Below, one piece after another: positions 30,025 through 35,009 of a stretch of 35,009 bases of DNA. The notes below the pieces were generated by a model. The model was not told the origin of the DNA, ran no database searches, and was given only the letters and a program-made list of their open reading frames with translations. The position numbers were made by a program, and so were the translations under genes. The stretch is taken from NCBI GenBank assembly GCA_031414955.1, contig JANOQV010000300.1, positions 1-35,009 on the forward strand, in the 5' to 3' direction. Every line of letters starts with the position of its first letter. Position 1 is the first letter of the stretch. The stretch comes from Pedosphaera sp. (lineage in GTDB: Bacteria > Verrucomicrobiota > Verrucomicrobiia > Limisphaerales > SIBH01).

Positions 30025-31249
30025 GGAAACGCTGATTTAATCCATCTGTCTTCGGTTTGATAGCGACTACGAAGCTGAAGCTTACTAAACTTGCGGCATG
30101 ACCCATCATGCCGAGTTTTTCCCAAGCCGAGTTTGCCGATAAGAAGAAGATCACCCGGCGCGAGAAGTTTCTGGCGCGCATGGAGGAAGTCATCCCGTGG
30201 GCCAGGCTGCTGGCCGTCATCGCGCCGCACTATCCCAAGGGCGAACGCGGCCGTCCGCCCATTGGACTGGAGCGCATGCTGCGCGTCTATTTTCTCCAGC
30301 AATGGTATGGGCTGGCCGACGAAGCCCTCGAAGACGCGCTCTATGACAGTCAGGCGATGCAGGGGTTGGCCCGCATTGATCTGGCTGCCGAGGGTGTGCC
30401 CGATGCCACCACGCTCTTGAAATTCCGCCGCCTACTCGAAACCCACGACCTGTGCCGAGGCCTCTTTGCCGCCATCAATGCCGACCTCACCGCCCGCGGC
30501 CTGTTGCTCCGCGAAGGCACCTTGGTGGACGCCACGCTGATCGCCGCGCCGCCCTCCACGAAGAACAAGGAACGGCAACGTGACCCGGAAATGCACCAGA
30601 CCAAAAAGGGCCAGCAATGGTATTTCGGGATGAAGGCGCACATCGGCGCGGATCGGGACAGCAAACTGGTGCCTACCGTCGTGGTCACCGCCGCCAACGT
30701 GGCGGACCTCACCAAGACCGCAGAACTCCTGCACGGACAGGAACAACAAGTCCATGCCGACGCCGGTTACACCGGCGTGGAGAAACGAGCGGAGATCGTG
30801 ACCTTGGAACGGAAGATCGACTGGCAGATTGCAGGCAAACGCGGGACGATCAAAAGCTTGGCCGAAGGCGCGGAGAAAGAAACCCTCAAGGCCATCGAGA
30901 AAGCCAAAGCCTCGGTCAGAGCGTTCGTAGAACACCCCTTCCACATCGTGAAGAATCTATTCCGGCATCGGAAAGTGCGGTATCGAGGCCTGGCCAAGAA
31001 CGGGCATCAACTTTATACACTTTTCGGCTTGGCCAACGTGGTGATCGCAGGACGAACCGCCACGGCGTAAAAACATGAACAACGAGGAACCCAACCGGTT
31101 GAAGCGGTGAAAAACAGCAGGCCAACCCCGCTACCAAACCAGAACCGCCGCGCCAACCCAAGCCACCGCGCCCAAATTTCCGCCGCTGGAGGTTCAGCTT
31201 CCATCAGCACAAACTGAAATTTGAAAACTCGACGTTATTCAGCGTCTCC
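30025..31249 (+). mobile_element. IS5-family insertion sequence (1225 bp)
   Basis: Terminal IRs GGAAACGCTGATTTA (30025-30039) and TTATTCAGCGTCTCC (31235-31249). Flanks TTAG and CTAA both fit the YTAR target. Confidence 0.88.
30108..31070 (+). CDS. IS5-family DDE transposase
   Basis: TRREKFLARMEEVIPW, GRPP..LERMLR, PDATTLLKFR, LVDATLI, YFGMKAHIG, HADAGY, RAFVEHPF, KVRYRGLAKN. Confidence 0.95.
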   Translation: MPSFSQAEFADKKKITRREKFLARMEEVIPWARLLAVIAPHYPKGERGRPPIGLERMLRVYFLQQWYGLADEALEDALYDSQAMQGLARIDLAAEGVPDATTLLKFRRLLETHDLCRGLFAAINADLTARGLLLREGTLVDATLIAAPPSTKNKERQRDPEMHQTKKGQQWYFGMKAHIGADRDSKLVPTVVVTAANVADLTKTAELLHGQEQQVHADAGYTGVEKRAEIVTLERKIDWQIAGKRGTIKSLAEGAEKETLKAIEKAKASVRAFVEHPFHIVKNLFRHRKVRYRGLAKNGHQLYTLFGLANVVIAGRTATA

Positions 31250-31263
31250 CTAACGGACCACCC

Positions 31264-34200
31264 GTGATCGTCACCGTGCCGGTCGACAAATTCAATTGTC
31301 CGAAAACGTGTGGTCCAGATTATACGGCGTCAATAAATACTCAGATCGCAAATCTGAAGACCTATCTCGCAGCAGCACCTGATATCCCAGACCCAGCCAA
31401 CCGACGCTATTCCCAATCAGGTCTAAGGAGTGGAAGCACTGAACGTAATTGTAGCCGAGAATTGAACTCTCGACATGCCATCCGTAGCACGGGCGTTACG
31501 GTCAAAAAGTCGCGCCCGCAGGCGGTCACGAACCTCGATGGCACCTGGGAGTTCGCGCAACGCTTCTGCTGCGGCGACACGGTCACGACCAATCGCGAGG
31601 GCACCGTCACCACCAAGACCTACGACGTGCTCAACCGTCTGCTCACCACCACGGCCAGCGGCATCATCCACAGCAATACCTATGACGCAGCGGGCAACGT
31701 CTTGAAGGTCGAGCGCCTCGGCACCAATGGTTCGGTCATCGTCCTGCAGCGGCACGCCTACGACACGGCCGGCCACCTGACCGCCACCACCAATGCCCTC
31801 GGCGAAGTGACCCTGTTCGCGGAGGCGCACGGCGCGGCGGGCGTGACCAACACCACCACCCGGCGGACCAACTCCAGTTCCGGCCCGGCGCGCATCGAGG
31901 CGCGGTATCTGGACGGGGAGCGCCGGAGTCTCTCCGGCAGCCTCACGCATCCCGTGCGTTATGAATACGGCCCGACCAACGGCGGCACGTTCACCAAAGA
32001 GATCAAGCTCAATGCGAACGGCAGTGACACCAGCGAATGGACGATCCAGTTCCACGACACGGCGGGCCGCCCTTACAAGACCCTCTATGCCGATGGCGCA
32101 TTCAGCCAGACCTTCTACAACAGCAAGGGCCAGCCGACGAACGAGATCGATCCCGATGGCGTGAGCAAGATCACGATCTACGATCCGCGTGGCCAACCCG
32201 CCTTCAGCGTCACCGACATGAACCGGGACGGCGTGATCGATTGGGTTGGAACGGATCGGATTACGTGGACAACAAACTATGTGGTGAACAACGGCTCGGC
32301 CAATGTGCAGCGCAGTGAGACTCGGGTGTGGCAGACCAACGGCGTGAACATGCCCACGCTCCTCTCGGTGCAGGACTCCGCGGTGAACGGGCTGGTGAAT
32401 TGGAGCGTGGCCTTCGGTCTGACCAATCGCAGTGAGACGGCGTTCTCCGGCGGCGGCGTGCGCTACGCCCGGAACTACGAGCCAAACGGCACGTTCACGA
32501 CGACACGGTTTGAGAATGGGCGAGCTATCGCTTCAGCCCGCACGAACAGCAGCACGCAACTGAGCGGAACCACTTTTGGCTACGATGAACATGGGCGACA
32601 GAAGTTCATCACGGATGCGCGCAATGGAACGATGACGAATACGTACGACAGCTTGGATCGCGTGCTTTCCCGCGCCACACCCACGCCCGACGGTACACAT
32701 GATTCTCAGCGCACTGGGTATCGATTCGACGCTCTAGGCCAGGTGACTGCCGTGACGAATTCAGATAGCACGGTGACCTATTTCACTTCGCAGCCCAGCG
32801 GCGAGCGGACCAAGACTTGGGGCGCGCGCGAATATCCCGTCGAGGACACATTCGACCCACAAGGCCGGATGAAGACCATGAAGACCTGGACACTGTTCGC
32901 CGCCAACTATGGTTCGGCCACCACCACTTGGAACTACGACTCACAACGCGGCTGGCTCTCCAGCAAACGCTACGCGGGCAACACCGGACCAGACTATAGC
33001 TACACAGATGCCGGTCGGCTGAAGACCAGAACCTGGGCGCGCGGTGACATTACGGGCTATACGAACAATGCGGCGGGTGAGGTGGAACGAATCACCTACT
33101 CGGACGCCACTGGCAACGTGACGAACACCTTCGACCGTCGCGGGCGCGTGACCACGGTGAACAGCGGCACCAACGTGACGAGTCGCCTCTACAGCGAAGC
33201 CGGTTTGCTCCTGAGCGAGACGATGAATGGCCTCGTGGTGAGCAACCGCTTCGATGAGTTGCTCCGCCGCACCAACGTGGCGGTGGTGGTGAATGGCAGC
33301 GTGGTGGCTTCGACGGGTTACGGCTTTGACTTGGCTTCGCGGCTCGCGATGGTCACGGATGGCACGAACAGCGCGACCTATTCCTACGTTGCGAACTCGC
33401 CGCGGATCGCGCAGCTTCTCTTCAAGCAAAACAGCACGACACGGATGACCACGAGCAAGTCATACGATTTTCTGAATCGGCTCTTGTCGATCGGCAACGT
33501 CTTGGCTGGAGGGACGAGCGCCGAGAGTCCCCATTTCATGTCTGCCCTTAACTCTGCCAACCAGCGTACCGCGATCACCAACGCCGACGGCTCACGCTGG
33601 AATTACGGCTACGACTCCCTCGGGCAAGTGACGAATGGTGTGAAATTCTGGAGCGATGGCATGGCGGTGCTGGGCCAACAGTTCGGGTATTTGTTCGACG
33701 ACATCGGCAACCGCAAGGTCGCCGTGAGCGGTGGTGATGCGTTCGGGCTGAACAAACGCACCCAAGTGTACACCGCGAACAGCTTGAACCAGTACACCAG
33801 CCGTGTCGTGCCCGGGTACCTCGACATCCTCGGTACCGCGACCAACACCGCAACCGTGACGGTCAACGGCGTGCCAACCTCGCGCAAGAGCGACTATTAT
33901 CGGGCGGAGATTCACACAGAGAACGGCGCATCTGCCGCGTGGCAACCCATCACGAACACTGCCGTGCTCGCTTCAGGCACGAATGATTACGTCACGAACT
34001 GGACCGGCAACGCCTTCGTCCCGCAAACACCAGAACGCTTCACCTTCGATCTCGACGGGAACCAGACGAGCGATGGCCGCTGGACGAATTCTTGGGATGC
34101 GGAGAACGAACTCATCAGCATGACGAGCCGGAACTCTACTCCGAGTAACTCATGGCTCGATCTGCGCTTCGCCTACGATGCGCAGCACCGCCGCACCAGC

Positions 34201-34899
34201 AAAGTGTTGAGCAATTGGACCGGCAGCGCCTGGGCGAAAGCCTATGAGCAACGCTTCGTGTATGACGGCTGGAATCTCTTGGCGATTTGCGATTCGTCAT
34301 CAGCCGTTCAGCTTTCCTTCCATTGGGGCACCGATCTGAGTGGCACCATGCAAGGAGCGGGCGGCGTGGGTGGCTTAATCAGTATGACCGTCCACACCGG
34401 CGCACTGGCGGGCGTGTACTTCTACGCCTTCGACGGCAACGGCAACGTCGCCGCCCTGATCAGCGCCGCCGATGGCACCGTGGTTGCGCGCTACGAGTAT
34501 GATCCGTTCCACAGGTTGTTGCGCGCTACGGGTCCGCTGGCTTTCGTGAACCCGTTCGTGGCCGCCACGAAATTCTGCGACTGGGAGACTGGGCTGCTTT
34601 GCTACGGGTATCGGTATTATGATCCGGTTCCTGGACGATGGGTGAACAAAGACCCGTTTCGAGAAGTGGGTTTTGAGAAAATTCAAAACTCCCTAACGTG
34701 GAAAGAGCAGTTCTTAAACTTGTACGCATCGCTTGAAAATGACCTGATCAATGCGAAGGACTTCTTAGGCTTATTTAAGCTGGAAGACGCGAAATGTGCG
34801 ACTGAGTGGGCCGCAAACGTTCCGCCAGCTGGCCCAATGTTTTGTGCTGAGAGTGCCATTGCGAGCCTATCCGAAAGTTTGTGTGCGGGTCAGAACTGA
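31264..34899 (+). CDS. RHS/YD-repeat polymorphic-toxin protein, apparently lacking its native N-terminus and truncated in the toxin tip (probable pseudogene)
   Basis: Many YD repeats (TYDVLNRL, YDAAGN, YDSLGQV); core YEYDPF..ETGLLCYGYRYYDPVPGRWVNKDP..NLY..NDLINAKDFLGL; only about 40 aa follow. Confidence 0.85.
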   Translation: MIVTVPVDKFNCPKTCGPDYTASINTQIANLKTYLAAAPDIPDPANRRYSQSGLRSGSTERNCSRELNSRHAIRSTGVTVKKSRPQAVTNLDGTWEFAQRFCCGDTVTTNREGTVTTKTYDVLNRLLTTTASGIIHSNTYDAAGNVLKVERLGTNGSVIVLQRHAYDTAGHLTATTNALGEVTLFAEAHGAAGVTNTTTRRTNSSSGPARIEARYLDGERRSLSGSLTHPVRYEYGPTNGGTFTKEIKLNANGSDTSEWTIQFHDTAGRPYKTLYADGAFSQTFYNSKGQPTNEIDPDGVSKITIYDPRGQPAFSVTDMNRDGVIDWVGTDRITWTTNYVVNNGSANVQRSETRVWQTNGVNMPTLLSVQDSAVNGLVNWSVAFGLTNRSETAFSGGGVRYARNYEPNGTFTTTRFENGRAIASARTNSSTQLSGTTFGYDEHGRQKFITDARNGTMTNTYDSLDRVLSRATPTPDGTHDSQRTGYRFDALGQVTAVTNSDSTVTYFTSQPSGERTKTWGAREYPVEDTFDPQGRMKTMKTWTLFAANYGSATTTWNYDSQRGWLSSKRYAGNTGPDYSYTDAGRLKTRTWARGDITGYTNNAAGEVERITYSDATGNVTNTFDRRGRVTTVNSGTNVTSRLYSEAGLLLSETMNGLVVSNRFDELLRRTNVAVVVNGSVVASTGYGFDLASRLAMVTDGTNSATYSYVANSPRIAQLLFKQNSTTRMTTSKSYDFLNRLLSIGNVLAGGTSAESPHFMSALNSANQRTAITNADGSRWNYGYDSLGQVTNGVKFWSDGMAVLGQQFGYLFDDIGNRKVAVSGGDAFGLNKRTQVYTANSLNQYTSRVVPGYLDILGTATNTATVTVNGVPTSRKSDYYRAEIHTENGASAAWQPITNTAVLASGTNDYVTNWTGNAFVPQTPERFTFDLDGNQTSDGRWTNSWDAENELISMTSRNSTPSNSWLDLRFAYDAQHRRTSKVLSNWTGSAWAKAYEQRFVYDGWNLLAICDSSSAVQLSFHWGTDLSGTMQGAGGVGGLISMTVHTGALAGVYFYAFDGNGNVAALISAADGTVVARYEYDPFHRLLRATGPLAFVNPFVAATKFCDWETGLLCYGYRYYDPVPGRWVNKDPFREVGFEKIQNSLTWKEQFLNLYASLENDLINAKDFLGLFKLEDAKCATEWAANVPPAGPMFCAESAIASLSESLCAGQN

Positions 34900-35009
34900 G
34901 CGAGAAGAAAGCACATGAGCAAGACGAAGACGGAAAAGACAAAACCGGAAGCTTTTAAGAACGGAAAGACGGGGCGGGACGTGACCCTGATCGATCAATG
35001 GATCGCGGA
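34863..35009 (+). mobile_element. Left end of a probable IS256-family element (runs off the window)
   Basis: GAGCCTATCCGAAAGTTTGTGT resembles IS256-family terminal IRs and is followed by an ORF at 34915. Confidence 0.55.
34915..35009 (+). CDS. N-terminus of a probable IS256-family transposase (partial)
   Basis: MSKTKTEKTKPEAFKNGKTGRDVTLIDQWIA; 'LIDQ' is reminiscent of IS256-type N-termini. Confidence 0.45.
   Translation, partial: MSKTKTEKTKPEAFKNGKTGRDVTLIDQWIA

Overview
A GC-rich accessory region, probably from a Verrucomicrobia-like bacterium (inferred from gene-family style only). Bases 1-28596 look like the distal part of a satellite/PICI-like integrative element, ending at a 22-bp tRNA-Cys 3'-end fragment (att, 28575-28596). 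Reading leftward from att: a Zn-ribbon protein, an Xis-like HTH, a phage-type protein, a 1079-aa replication protein (gp32-like SSB + Prim-Pol + Zn ribbon + SF3 helicase + wHTH), a putative iteron origin and a stand-alone wHTH. Defence cargo follows: an OLD-type ABC-ATPase/TOPRIM nuclease and a DISARM/ARMADA-like operon (YprA/DUF1998 helicase with fused C-terminal nuclease, SNF2 helicase, GmrSD-like DUF262-HNH, AlbA_2/Schlafen-HATPase-wHTH protein, Eco57I-like N6-MTase). The operon continues into a toxin/immunity-like pair, an HExxH peptidase, a hypothetical protein, a TPR protein and a CRR6-like gene. Three repeat types sit in and around the MTase: 12-bp SACT-anchored arrays, heptamer arrays and REP-like palindromes. 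Right of att are a tyrosine integrase, an IS5-family element, an RHS gene damaged at both ends and the start of a probable IS256-family element. All family calls come from motif recognition by eye; no database searches were run.
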